58,356 nucleotides of DNA from a virus: positions 1 to 58,356 of IMG/VR virus record IMGVR_UViG_3300029563_000007; one strand, written 5' to 3'. Position numbers and translations under genes: made by a program. Below, piece after piece: positions 7,262 through 16,348 of the stretch. Below the pieces are notes generated by a model. That model was not told the DNA's origin, did not search any database, and worked only from the letters and a program-made list of their open reading frames with translations. Numbering within the stretch: the stretch's first letter is position 1; each line of letters begins with the position of its first letter.

Positions 7262-8695
7262 ATGAACACAATGTATTTTCAAGACCTTGTTAGAGGCTGT
7301 TATGGTAGAAAAATTGCATACACGAATGTAGATACAATAACTGCTAACAATGTTGTTAAGGTTATTGGAAGTACTATAGGTGTATTTAATTGGAATAAAC
7401 CAGTTATTAAGTATCTGTGGCATTACTACAAGGGCGACCAACCAATATTGTATAGGCATAAGCTAACCAATGAAGATATTACAAACAAGATTGTCGAGAA
7501 CCACGCATATGAAATTGTTCAGTTTAAGGTAGGACAGACATATGGCGAGCCAATCCAGTTTATTAGCCGTAAAGATGATGAAGCTATCAATAAGGCAGTT
7601 GACATACTTAATGATTTTATGGCGGATGCCAATAAGCAGGAGAAAGACATTAAAGCTGGAGAGTGGCAGTCGGCAACAGGTACATCATTCAAAGCAGTTC
7701 AACCTAAAAATGGAGATGTGCCATTCAGAATTGTAGCACCTACGCCAATGAACACTTATGTTGTTTACAATGAAAGCACAGAAGAACCTATGCTTGTTGT
7801 GCAGGAACTTAAAGACGAGGACGGAAATTGGTATAAAATGGCATTTTCCGACACTATGTCTTTTAGAATTGTTGACAGCAAAGTAGTTGAAGCAAAACTA
7901 CATACATATGGCGAAATTCCTATTGTTGAGTTCCCTAATAACCACGAAAGAATATCTGATATTGAGCTTGTCATAGGTATGTTGGACGCTATTAATAATA
8001 TGCAGTCTAACAGAATGGATAGTATACAGCAGTTTGTTGAGTATTGGGTTAAGTTTGTAAATTGCGAAGTTGACACAGAAACATTTGAAAAAATGAAAAT
8101 GAACCACGCCCTTACGGTTAAATCTATCAATAAAGACAACAAGTCAGACGTTGAGATTATGACACAGGAGCTTAATCAGACACAATGTCAAGTTGCTAAG
8201 GATGATTTGCTCGATAATCTTCAAGCTATCCTAGCGATACCAAATAGAGAATCACAAAACTCTGGCGGCGATACACAGGGAGCGGTATCTTTGAGAGCCG
8301 GATGGGATTTTTCAAAAACTAGAGCAAAGCAAAAAGACCCTATTGTAAAATCCGCAGAAAAAAGGCTTGCGATAGTAACTTTAAATGTATTGCGATTAGC
8401 AGGAAATGATTTAAAACTATCGCCAAGAGACTTTGATGTGCAAATTAATCATAGTCCGTTAGATAATCTCTATACAAAGACACAAGCACTTGCACAAATG
8501 CTACAAGCAGGAATAAACCCAAGAATAGCAGTTGCGACTTGCGGCTTATGGGGGGATGCGGAAAAAGTATCTTTACAATCGAAACCATATTTTGATGTTC
8601 TGTATAAAACAATAGATATGGTAAACAAAGAGATGAAAAAACAGCCAGAAAATAATCAACTTAATAATCAGCAAAATAAGGCGGTTATCGAATAA
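7262..8695 (+). CDS. portal protein (SPP1 gp6-like)
   Basis: 477 aa, position after TerL, N-terminal ...YLWHYYKGDQPILYR motif typical of SPP1-type portals. Confidence 0.8.
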   Translation: MNTMYFQDLVRGCYGRKIAYTNVDTITANNVVKVIGSTIGVFNWNKPVIKYLWHYYKGDQPILYRHKLTNEDITNKIVENHAYEIVQFKVGQTYGEPIQFISRKDDEAINKAVDILNDFMADANKQEKDIKAGEWQSATGTSFKAVQPKNGDVPFRIVAPTPMNTYVVYNESTEEPMLVVQELKDEDGNWYKMAFSDTMSFRIVDSKVVEAKLHTYGEIPIVEFPNNHERISDIELVIGMLDAINNMQSNRMDSIQQFVEYWVKFVNCEVDTETFEKMKMNHALTVKSINKDNKSDVEIMTQELNQTQCQVAKDDLLDNLQAILAIPNRESQNSGGDTQGAVSLRAGWDFSKTRAKQKDPIVKSAEKRLAIVTLNVLRLAGNDLKLSPRDFDVQINHSPLDNLYTKTQALAQMLQAGINPRIAVATCGLWGDAEKVSLQSKPYFDVLYKTIDMVNKEMKKQPENNQLNNQQNKAVIE

Positions 8696-8802
8696 TCGGT
8701 AGCTGCTTTTATTTTATACATTTTGCAGCTATGCGGTAAATAGCAGAAGACACAGCAGGAGCGACCTGCGGTAACAAAAGCGTGTGTTTAACGGAGGTAA
8801 TT

Positions 8803-9357
8803 ATGACAAGAGAAGATGTATTAAAACTTTTCCCAGAGGCAACAGATGAACAGATTACAAATCTTCTTAATCAGAACAATTCAGAAGTTGCTACGGAGAA
8901 AAACAAGGCAAAGCAGTACAAGGCTAAGGCTGACACAGCAGACGACTTACAGAAACAGCTTGATGAGATACAGGCTGGCAATCTGACGGAACTTGAAAAG
9001 GCAAATAAAGCCTTAGATACAGCTAATCAGCAGATAGCCGATTTACAGAAATCTAACGCTATCAGAGACCAGAGGGAAGCAGCTATGACTAATTTTAAGA
9101 TTACTGCTGAACAGGCAAAGACAGTTGTTAAAGATGATGGAAGCCTTGATTACACCGAACTTGGCAAGATTATGTCCGAGAAAGAAACAGCTGCGGCACA
9201 GGCTAAGGAACAGGAGATTGCTAAACATCAGGATATTCCGGGCGGTGGCAGTAATAAAGGTGGTGCAGACAATAAGACAAACGCTGAAAAGATAGCAGAA
9301 AGTCTTATATCTAATGCACCTAAGAACAATGACGTTTTATCACATTACATTCAGTAA
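8803..9357 (+). CDS. scaffolding protein (DUF4355-like)
   Basis: SD GGAGG then ATG 8803; helical, K/E/Q-rich, MTREDVLKLFPEATDEQITNLLNQ..., between portal and capsid. Confidence 0.65.
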   Translation: MTREDVLKLFPEATDEQITNLLNQNNSEVATEKNKAKQYKAKADTADDLQKQLDEIQAGNLTELEKANKALDTANQQIADLQKSNAIRDQREAAMTNFKITAEQAKTVVKDDGSLDYTELGKIMSEKETAAAQAKEQEIAKHQDIPGGGSNKGGADNKTNAEKIAESLISNAPKNNDVLSHYIQ

Positions 9358-9373
9358 TAACAGGAGGTAAGAA

Positions 9374-9727
9374 ATGGCAAAGGAAATGAATATGCAGTAT
9401 GAAAAGACTTCATACGCAGGAGATGTTCAGATTTTAAAGAGAGAGCCTAATGAAGCAATCCCACTGACACTTGATTTTGATGGCGTAACAACTACAAACG
9501 CACAGGGCAAGAAGATTGTCAAAGCAGGTACTCCAATCGGAGCAAATGGCAAGGCTGACAATACAGCCACAGTAGTAGGCATTTTAAGGTTTGATGTAAC
9601 AGAGGACAGACCGCAGGGCGTACTGCTCAAGAAAGCATATCTTAACACAAAGGTAGCAGAAGCACACTCAGGCGTTACATATGACGCAACAGTTAAGACA
9701 GCTCTTCCAATGATTGTATTTGAATAA
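9374..9727 (+). CDS. capsid-associated protein (possible decoration protein)
   Basis: 117 aa between scaffold and major capsid genes, SD AGGAGG; function by position only. Confidence 0.35.
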   Translation: MAKEMNMQYEKTSYAGDVQILKREPNEAIPLTLDFDGVTTTNAQGKKIVKAGTPIGANGKADNTATVVGILRFDVTEDRPQGVLLKKAYLNTKVAEAHSGVTYDATVKTALPMIVFE

Positions 9728-9744
9728 TAACAGGAGGTAAATAG

Positions 9745-10818
9745 ATGTTAATTAATGAAGTATTAGACAGTAAGTCTATTGCATTATCAGCAACAGAAAA
9801 CGCTAGTAATCAGATACCTTATCTTGGTTTACAGTGGTTTCCAGAAAGAAAGAAACAGGGGCTTGATTTAAGCTGGATTAAGACACATAAAGGACTTCCA
9901 GTATCACTTGCACCATCCAACTTTGACACAATCCCAACAATTAGAGCTAGAGAGGGATTAGGCAAGGAAAAAACACAGATGGCATTTTTCCGTGAGGGAA
10001 TGACAGTCGGTGAAGAGGAAATGCTTGAAATCGAGCGTATTCAATCAGCAGACGACCCTTACCTTGCAAGTGCTTTATCAAGCGTATATGACGATACCAA
10101 TAATCTTGTAAGTGGCGCAGAGGTTGTTCCAGAGCGTATGAGAATGTCACTTCTTGCCACAAGTGCAGGTCATCCGGTAATTGCTATTGAAAGTGACGGT
10201 GTTCAGTATGCTTACGATTACGATAAGGATGGCTCATACGCAAAAGACCATTACGCAAAGTTATCTGGCACAAGTATGTGGAGCGATACAACCAATTCAA
10301 AGCCACTTACAGACCTTAACAATGCAAGAAAGAAGTTACAGAAGCAGGGCAAGATTGCTAGATATGTGCTTATGAACAGCAATACATTCCAATATTTGCT
10401 TGATAATGCACAGATAAGAAACTCAATCCTTGCACAGAACCTTACAGCAACTATTGAGGTTGACGATGATACTGTTATTTCAGTAGTGCAGAAGAGGACA
10501 AAGCTTACCATCGTGCTTTACGATAAGATGTACATTGATGATGATGGTAAGGAACAGTATTTCTATCCAGATAACAAGGTTACACTTCTTCCAGCTGGCA
10601 ATCTTGGCAGCACTTGGTTCGGCACTACACCAGAAGAAAGAACTGCAAGACAGGTAGCTGATGTTGATGTAACAACATATGGCGTAGGTATTACAGTTGC
10701 TACAAAGACAGAGTACGGACCACCTATGAAGATGTCAACATTTGCTTCCGAGGTTGTACTTCCATCATATGAAAATATGGATAGCACATTCGTATATGAG
10801 GTTCATAGCGAAGAGTAG
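9745..10818 (+). CDS. major capsid protein (protein E-like family)
   Basis: 357 aa, SD AGGAGG, position; N-terminal IPYLGLQWFPERKKQGLDLSWIK resembles capsid protein E family. Confidence 0.75.
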   Translation: MLINEVLDSKSIALSATENASNQIPYLGLQWFPERKKQGLDLSWIKTHKGLPVSLAPSNFDTIPTIRAREGLGKEKTQMAFFREGMTVGEEEMLEIERIQSADDPYLASALSSVYDDTNNLVSGAEVVPERMRMSLLATSAGHPVIAIESDGVQYAYDYDKDGSYAKDHYAKLSGTSMWSDTTNSKPLTDLNNARKKLQKQGKIARYVLMNSNTFQYLLDNAQIRNSILAQNLTATIEVDDDTVISVVQKRTKLTIVLYDKMYIDDDGKEQYFYPDNKVTLLPAGNLGSTWFGTTPEERTARQVADVDVTTYGVGITVATKTEYGPPMKMSTFASEVVLPSYENMDSTFVYEVHSEE

Positions 10819-10830
10819 GAGGTGCAACTT

Positions 10831-11049
10831 ATGATATATCCATATATAGTGATTCATAACGGAAAATGGTATAACGCAGGCGAAGAGGTTCCCGAAGAGG
10901 GGGCTTTTTTAGGTTATAGCAAGACAACCATTAATCGAATGTCTACATCTGATTTGCAGGCTTTTGCCGCAGAACAAGGTATAAGCAACGCAGAAGAACT
11001 TACAGGAGCAGAGTTAAAGAAGCTGTTAATTGAGAAATTAGGATTATAG
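10831..11049 (+). CDS. hypothetical head-module protein with SAP/Rho-N-like C-terminus
   Basis: SD AGGAGGTG then ATG 10831; ...LQAFAAEQGISNAEELTGAELKKLLIEKLGL. Confidence 0.45.
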   Translation: MIYPYIVIHNGKWYNAGEEVPEEGAFLGYSKTTINRMSTSDLQAFAAEQGISNAEELTGAELKKLLIEKLGL

Positions 11050-11060
11050 GAGCTGAAATT

Positions 11061-11438
11061 ATGGAATACACTACATTAGAGCAAGTTAAAATCAGACTTA
11101 AACAATTTCATATTGATACAGTCACAAACGATGATGATACAACATCTGATGTGGTAGTGTTCGATAGCAAAGAGGATAATCCAATAATCGAACAGCTTAT
11201 TAAACAGGCTACAGAAGATGTAAAAGCAAGAAGAAATTACCCCGACAGCTACACGGATGAAATGATAACCGAGGACTTGAAGAAATTTGAGAGTGTTATT
11301 GTTAATCTGGCTGTCTATGACCATTCACAAGCGGGTGAAGCATTTATGGCAAGCTACAATGAGAATGGTGTCAACAGAACTTGGAGAGATAGAGACAGTT
11401 TATTTGTCGGGGTATTTCCATTTGCCAAAGTATTATAA
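11061..11438 (+). CDS. head-tail connector (gp6-like)
   Basis: 125 aa; MEYTTLEQVKIRLKQ... N-terminus typical of gp6-like connector/DNA-packaging proteins; position. Confidence 0.55.
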   Translation: MEYTTLEQVKIRLKQFHIDTVTNDDDTTSDVVVFDSKEDNPIIEQLIKQATEDVKARRNYPDSYTDEMITEDLKKFESVIVNLAVYDHSQAGEAFMASYNENGVNRTWRDRDSLFVGVFPFAKVL

Positions 11439-11556
11439 CGCCTATAGGGCATTACAGAATATTAAAGAAGATTGTGCGTTACCATTTTACTGATGTCGGC
11501 AATATGGTAGCAGGCGGTACACATTAAGGGTGGTGGGCAGTGTGCCATTATTAATT

Positions 11557-11898
11557 ATGAAAGGCGGTATATCAATGCCAATAGCAGTAATTATAAGCAT
11601 TATTTCAGTTGCTTTTTCCGTCTTTTTCGGACTGTTTACGTTGGGATTTAATCTTAAGAACAACAAAAAGTCTGACAATGCAGAACTTACAGAGCGTGTA
11701 AAAGAAAATACACGCATAAATATGAAACTTGACACAATATCAAGCAATACAACAGAGATAAAGAATGAAGTTACAGAAATGAGAAAAGAACTTAATTCTC
11801 ACGATAACAGGATTATTAAGGTTGAGGAAAGTGTAAAGTCGGCACACCACCGAATAGACGGATTGGAAGCACGACTTAATGAAGATAAGGAGGTATAG
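11557..11898 (+). CDS. membrane-anchored coiled-coil protein (XhlA-like architecture only)
   Basis: N-terminal TM PIAVIISIISVAFSVFFGLFTLGF followed by heptad-like helix; start ambiguous (GTG 11530, ATG 11557 or 11575). Confidence 0.45.
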   Translation: MKGGISMPIAVIISIISVAFSVFFGLFTLGFNLKNNKKSDNAELTERVKENTRINMKLDTISSNTTEIKNEVTEMRKELNSHDNRIIKVEESVKSAHHRIDGLEARLNEDKEV

Positions 11899-11902
11899 CA
11901 GA

Positions 11903-12172
11903 ATGGATATAACATCGGTAACAACAGTTGTAGCAATCGTTGTAATAACATATCTGATAGGCTTAGGAGCTAAGGCAATTCCACACATTAAGGATAATTA
12001 CATTCCTATAATTGTAGGCGTTGCAGGCGGTATATTAGGCATTATAGGTATGTATGTAATACCTGACTTTCCGGCAAATGATATTCTTAATGCAATCGCA
12101 GTAGGAATTGTGTCCGGATTATCAAGCACAGGTGTTAATCAGATTTATAAGCAGGTAAAGAACAATGCTTGA
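11903..12172 (+). CDS. holin (Hol44 / superfamily-6-like)
   Basis: SD AAGGAGG then ATG 11903; 89 aa with 3 hydrophobic segments, ...IPHIKDNYIPIIVGVAGGILGIIGMYVIP...AVGIVSGLSSTGVNQIYKQ. Confidence 0.6.
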   Translation: MDITSVTTVVAIVVITYLIGLGAKAIPHIKDNYIPIIVGVAGGILGIIGMYVIPDFPANDILNAIAVGIVSGLSSTGVNQIYKQVKNNA

Positions 12173-12623
12173 CATTAATAAGCAGGCTATGAAGTATTCA
12201 CTTCAAGGACAGACAGTAATTATCTACGAAAGAGACGATGACGGCAATATCCTTTATGAGGGATATACCGATACAGAGGGTAACTTCATTCCTTATCTTG
12301 ATGATGAGGGAAATAAGATACCTAAAGTTCTTGAAGAGAAAACGGGCTTTTCAGAGCCGGTCGATTTCAAAGCCAACATATCATTCAGCGGCGGAGAAGC
12401 ACAAAGCAAAGAATACGGCTTTGATACGGCTGATTTTGACGCTATTTTGCTGACAGATAGGGATACATTACCTATTCAAAAAGGCGACCTTATATGGCTT
12501 AATAGCAAGCCTACATACACATCTGACAGTCTTGTTGATGAAACATCAGCAGACTTCACGATTGTAGGCATTAAGCCAGCATTATATTCAACTAAGTATA
12601 TGCTTAAAGCAGTTGTAAAGTAG
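12165..12623 (+). CDS. head-tail joining module protein
   Basis: ORF track 152 aa, overlapping start; position only. Confidence 0.4.
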   Translation: MLDINKQAMKYSLQGQTVIIYERDDDGNILYEGYTDTEGNFIPYLDDEGNKIPKVLEEKTGFSEPVDFKANISFSGGEAQSKEYGFDTADFDAILLTDRDTLPIQKGDLIWLNSKPTYTSDSLVDETSADFTIVGIKPALYSTKYMLKAVVK

Positions 12624-12631
12624 GTGCATCT

Positions 12632-13174
12632 ATGGCAAGACATACAATTAATATATCATTGTCTGAAAAGTCCGTAAATGAAGCTATCAGGCAGCTACAA
12701 CAGTATAAGAACTGGCTTATCAAAAAGACTTTACAGCTTGTCAAAGAGCTTGCAGAAGTTGGAATACCTGTTATAGATGAAAATATGGCAAAAGCAAGTT
12801 ATACATATGATGAGAAAGGTGTTCGTAGCGGTTCAGATACAAGCCATCACAGTTATGTTGAGATAAAATCTGTTGGAGAATATGCCGAAGCAAAATTAAT
12901 TGTAGAGGGCAAAGAACTTATGTTTATAGAGTTCGGAGCTGGTGTATTCTACAATGGAGCGGCTGGAAGTAGTCCACACGACAAAGGTGTTGTTAATGGT
13001 ATGGTTATAGGCTCATACGGCGAACATCACGGCATACAAAAAGTGTGGGGTTACTATGACGATGACGGAACCTTAGTTCTTACACACGGCGTAGAAGCAC
13101 AAATGCCTGTTTATAAGGCTGATATGGAAATCATACAGAAATATGTTGAGGTAGCAAGGAGAGTATTTAGTTAA
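12632..13174 (+). CDS. HK97 gp10-like tail-completion/head-tail joining protein
   Basis: 180 aa; N-terminal helical segment then FIEFGAGV motif reminiscent of gp10 family; position. Confidence 0.4.
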   Translation: MARHTINISLSEKSVNEAIRQLQQYKNWLIKKTLQLVKELAEVGIPVIDENMAKASYTYDEKGVRSGSDTSHHSYVEIKSVGEYAEAKLIVEGKELMFIEFGAGVFYNGAAGSSPHDKGVVNGMVIGSYGEHHGIQKVWGYYDDDGTLVLTHGVEAQMPVYKADMEIIQKYVEVARRVFS

Positions 13175-13373
13175 TTTTAACCCATTCTGCTCTATAACCT
13201 ATTATATCAAGAATTTCTATAACTTCATTATAAGTAAAACTTTCTTTGCGAAAGCGATTACTAAAATTTTGAAAAGAAAGATGTGTTCCGTGCCTACGAT
13301 TTAATTCAGCATTTACTTGTGACATAGTAAAACCTTGAGATACAATAAGACCTTTTAATTCGTCTTTTAACAT
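13167..13373 (-). CDS. small HTH protein, opposite strand inside the structural module
   Basis: 68 aa; SD AAGGAG on the minus strand; MLKDELKGLIVSQGFTMSQVNAELNRRHG... Confidence 0.6.
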   Translation of the reverse strand: MLKDELKGLIVSQGFTMSQVNAELNRRHGTHLSFQNFSNRFRKESFTYNEVIEILDIIGYRAEWVKIN

Positions 13374-13445
13374 AAAATCAACTCCTTTATATTATTTTTA
13401 ATATATTATCATAATAAAATTAAATTGTAAAGTTTAATAAAACGC

Positions 13446-13474
13446 TTGATAATTATAATATATTGGTTTATAAT
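13446..13474 (+). promoter_or_regulatory. sigma-70-like promoter of the 13506 gene
   Basis: TTGATA (13446-51), 17-nt spacer, TATAAT (13469-74) in an extremely AT-rich gap. Confidence 0.55.
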
Positions 13475-13505
13475 TAAATTATAAAATTTAATTAAAGGTG
13501 ATATT

Positions 13506-14303
13506 ATGGGAAAAGCGATTGATTTAACAGGGAAAAGGTATGGCAGATTAATAGCTGTTGAAAAAGTGAAAAATCCAAATGATAAGCACCACGCATACTG
13601 GAAATGCAAATGTGATTGTGGGAATTTTATTATTACAAGAAAAGACTCTCTCGAAAATGGACACACAAAATCTTGCGGTTGTATAAGCGCGGAGAAAGGC
13701 TATCATAATCACGGATACTCACACGAAAAGTTGTACAGCATTTATTATGGTATGAAATACAGATGTTATAACCCAAACTGTGATTCATATTCATTATATG
13801 GTGGCAGAGGAATAAAAGTATGTGATGAATGGTTAAAAAATGTAGAAAATTTTATTAATTGGGCTTACAAAAATGGGTACGATAATAAAAAGACTAAAGC
13901 TGAACAATCCCTTGACAGAATAGATGTTAATGGCAATTATGAGCCATCTAATTGCAGATGGGCTGATAAAGATGTTCAAAATTATAACAAAAGATGTACA
14001 AGAAAGATAGTTATAAACGGAGAAGAAAAAACATTACTTGATTTACATAAAGAATATGAAATATCAATGACTACATTGAGAAGTAGATATCAAAGATATT
14101 TAAAAGGTTTATGTACTGTTGACGAATTAATTCAGAATACAAAAATAATAAATAAGCCCCAACAGATAATTATTAGGGTTGGTGAAGAAGAACACAATTT
14201 GACAGAATGGGAAAAAATAACAGGCACATCAAGAAAAACCATAATTCATAGATATAGAAAAGGGGCAAGAACATATGAAGAGTTATTTAAGAAAGGTCGC
14301 TGA
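13506..14303 (+). CDS. free-standing Zn-ribbon DNA-binding protein of the GKRYGRL...CxCxCG...SCGC family (homing-endonuclease-like)
   Basis: 265 aa; LTGKRYGRLIAVEK...WKCKCDCGN...SCGCI...YGGRGIKVCDEW...LDRIDVNGNYEPSNCRWA plus two C-terminal HTH-like repeats; paralogs at 37387 and 56041. Confidence 0.55.
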   Translation: MGKAIDLTGKRYGRLIAVEKVKNPNDKHHAYWKCKCDCGNFIITRKDSLENGHTKSCGCISAEKGYHNHGYSHEKLYSIYYGMKYRCYNPNCDSYSLYGGRGIKVCDEWLKNVENFINWAYKNGYDNKKTKAEQSLDRIDVNGNYEPSNCRWADKDVQNYNKRCTRKIVINGEEKTLLDLHKEYEISMTTLRSRYQRYLKGLCTVDELIQNTKIINKPQQIIIRVGEEEHNLTEWEKITGTSRKTIIHRYRKGARTYEELFKKGR

Positions 14304-14316
14304 AAAGCGACTTTTT
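14296..14316 (+). terminator. rho-independent terminator
   Basis: GTCGCT-GAAA-AGCGAC followed by TTTTT. Confidence 0.6.
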
Positions 14317-14366
14317 CATTTTGCAAGAAGCGATAATCTTTACATAGCAAGAGAGGTGTTTAGCTA

Positions 14367-14783
14367 ATGGCAAATGCAAACGATTGGGCGACAGACCTTG
14401 AAAACACAGTCACAGCACTTGTCAAGGCTAAAACCCTAACACAATTAAAGAAAACATACCCAAAGATAGTCATAACCAATGAGGGAGAAAACAGCGGTCA
14501 AGCAGTATTTCCAACAGTATACATTCATTTACTGCCAGCAGTAGAACAAGGACAAACACTTGACGGACAGACAATAAACGCATTGTTAGCAACATTTCAA
14601 GTAGATGTTACCACTAACACAAGCAAGTCTGACTGTCGCAAGGTTATGACGATAATTACAGATACATTTAAAACAATGAGATTTCAAGGCAATGCAATGC
14701 CAGAGTTCTCAATCAGCAATAAAGTACATAAGAGTACCGCACGATTTAGGCGGTTAATCGGAGCAAATGACAGATTATTGTAA
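14367..14783 (+). CDS. tail terminator / head-tail joining-like protein
   Basis: 138 aa immediately upstream of the tail tube gene; position only. Confidence 0.4.
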   Translation: MANANDWATDLENTVTALVKAKTLTQLKKTYPKIVITNEGENSGQAVFPTVYIHLLPAVEQGQTLDGQTINALLATFQVDVTTNTSKSDCRKVMTIITDTFKTMRFQGNAMPEFSISNKVHKSTARFRRLIGANDRLL

Positions 14784-14785
14784 CA

Positions 14786-14811
14786 AAGAGCAGAAATGCT
14801 CTTATTTTTTT
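14786..14811 (+). terminator. rho-independent terminator or attenuator
   Basis: AAGAGCA-GAAA-TGCTCTT then ATTTTTTT. Confidence 0.55.
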
Positions 14812-14833
14812 GCGAATTTTTAGGAGGTAGACA

Positions 14834-15316
14834 ATGGCAGATACAGTAGCAGGATTAAGTGCACTGGGAATCACGTTTAGTTATGGAGTTGAAACTACAG
14901 CAGGTACTAAACCAACAGCGTTTAAACTTCTTCATAGAATCAATTCTATTGATGAGATTACAGTAACCCCAGAGGCTATAGATGCATCAGCACTTGAAGA
15001 TTTACAGACAAGAAACATTGCAGGTAGAGATACAGTTACAGATACAGTTGCGGTAACAGTTAATAAGACGGAAGCTACAATCAAAGAGTGGAAAGACCTT
15101 ATTACAGAATATAAGGCTTTAACTGATGGAAAGAGAATGTGGTTTCAAGAGATTACTCCGGGTATATCAGATGCGGAGTTCTTTGTTGCACAGCCGCCTT
15201 CAAAGTTACCAATTACGGGCAAGGAGCAAAATTCACTTCTTACAATGGCTATCAACCTTATTATTGAGGATATGGTAGGAACAGATACAGCAGTAACCCC
15301 AACATCGGGGGAATAA
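14834..15316 (+). CDS. major tail (tube) protein
   Basis: 160 aa, SD AGGAGG, directly upstream of the chaperone pair and tape measure. Confidence 0.65.
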   Translation: MADTVAGLSALGITFSYGVETTAGTKPTAFKLLHRINSIDEITVTPEAIDASALEDLQTRNIAGRDTVTDTVAVTVNKTEATIKEWKDLITEYKALTDGKRMWFQEITPGISDAEFFVAQPPSKLPITGKEQNSLLTMAINLIIEDMVGTDTAVTPTSGE

Positions 15317-15428
15317 TGAGCTATTCGACTAAATCAAAAAAGGCTGTGTCGGATAGCGTAGAAAACGCCAAAACAGCCGACTACACATCATATCTTGATG
15401 ATGTAACAGAATAATTAATTTAAAAGGC

Positions 15429-15454
15429 AGGTGCGGTGTAAAATCCGCACCTTT
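15429..15454 (+). terminator. terminator-like hairpin
   Basis: AGGTGCGG-TGTAAAAT-CCGCACCT then TT. Confidence 0.45.
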
Positions 15455-15491
15455 CCCTATATGGACGATAGGGTGGGAAAGGGTAAAAATT

Positions 15492-15980
15492 ATGATGAAT
15501 ATTAATGTAAATGGAAAAGAATACAAAGTTGAGTTTAGCTTCGGTGCAGCAGAATGCAAGGAAATTGTGCAGAAAATGTTTTCTGTCGTTAATGGTTCTT
15601 ACTTACTTGCACAGACAGATAAGAGTGTTGCACAGGCTTCCTTTGATGGATTGGCAAATATGACAGCAGATGTGCCAGAGATTTGCATTTTAGCCATTTA
15701 TGCAGGCTGTATTGACAATAACCCAGTAACTATGGATGAAGCAAAGGAACTCACTAGAGCATATATTACAGAGAAGAGAAAGACAGATAAGAGTTATGGA
15801 TATAGAACATTGTTTGAAGAAATCAAGAAAGCGATGGAAGATGATGGTTTTTTCGAGTTGAGCGGAATAACAGCGATGTTAGAGGAAATGGCGAACAATG
15901 TGGAAGAAGCGACACAGGAGCAGAAGAAGCCGACAGTAGTTCCACAAGACCACAAGAAAAAGCAGACTTCCACAAAATAA
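15492..15980 (+). CDS. tail assembly chaperone (G-like)
   Basis: 162 aa, acidic, directly before the tape measure. Confidence 0.65.
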   Translation: MMNINVNGKEYKVEFSFGAAECKEIVQKMFSVVNGSYLLAQTDKSVAQASFDGLANMTADVPEICILAIYAGCIDNNPVTMDEAKELTRAYITEKRKTDKSYGYRTLFEEIKKAMEDDGFFELSGITAMLEEMANNVEEATQEQKKPTVVPQDHKKKQTSTK

Positions 15981-16348
15981 TCTGGGAAGAATACTTTGTT
16001 TTATCCAGTTCACTAGGCGTTAGTTATTCAGACTTTCTTAAAATGACACCTAAAAAGCTATGGGCTGTTGTAGAGGGTAAGAAACTTGAAAGGCAACGAA
16101 TGGATTCAGATATATGGCTTGCGATAGGTAGTTACATACTCCCAGCAATCAAGATAGGTGTTAGAAGTGGTGCTTGGGGTAAAGGCGAGCTTGAATACCC
16201 AGACAAGCCTATTTATAGAGATATTAACAAAAAAGAGAACAGCAAAGATGAAATACAAAGAAAGAGAGAAGAGTTTGTTTTGAATATGAAAATACGAAAA
16301 GCAAACTGGGATTTAACACACCCTAAAAATGATAAGCCGGAGGTATGA
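15956..16348 (+). CDS. -1 frame extension of the tail chaperone (GT-like fusion product)
   Basis: -1 frame is open from 15845 across the G stop (15978-80) to 16348; A-rich run AAGAAAAAG at 15954-62; track lists only 16043..16348. Confidence 0.55.
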   Translation, partial: EKADFHKIIWEEYFVLSSSLGVSYSDFLKMTPKKLWAVVEGKKLERQRMDSDIWLAIGSYILPAIKIGVRSGAWGKGELEYPDKPIYRDINKKENSKDEIQRKREEFVLNMKIRKANWDLTHPKNDKPEV

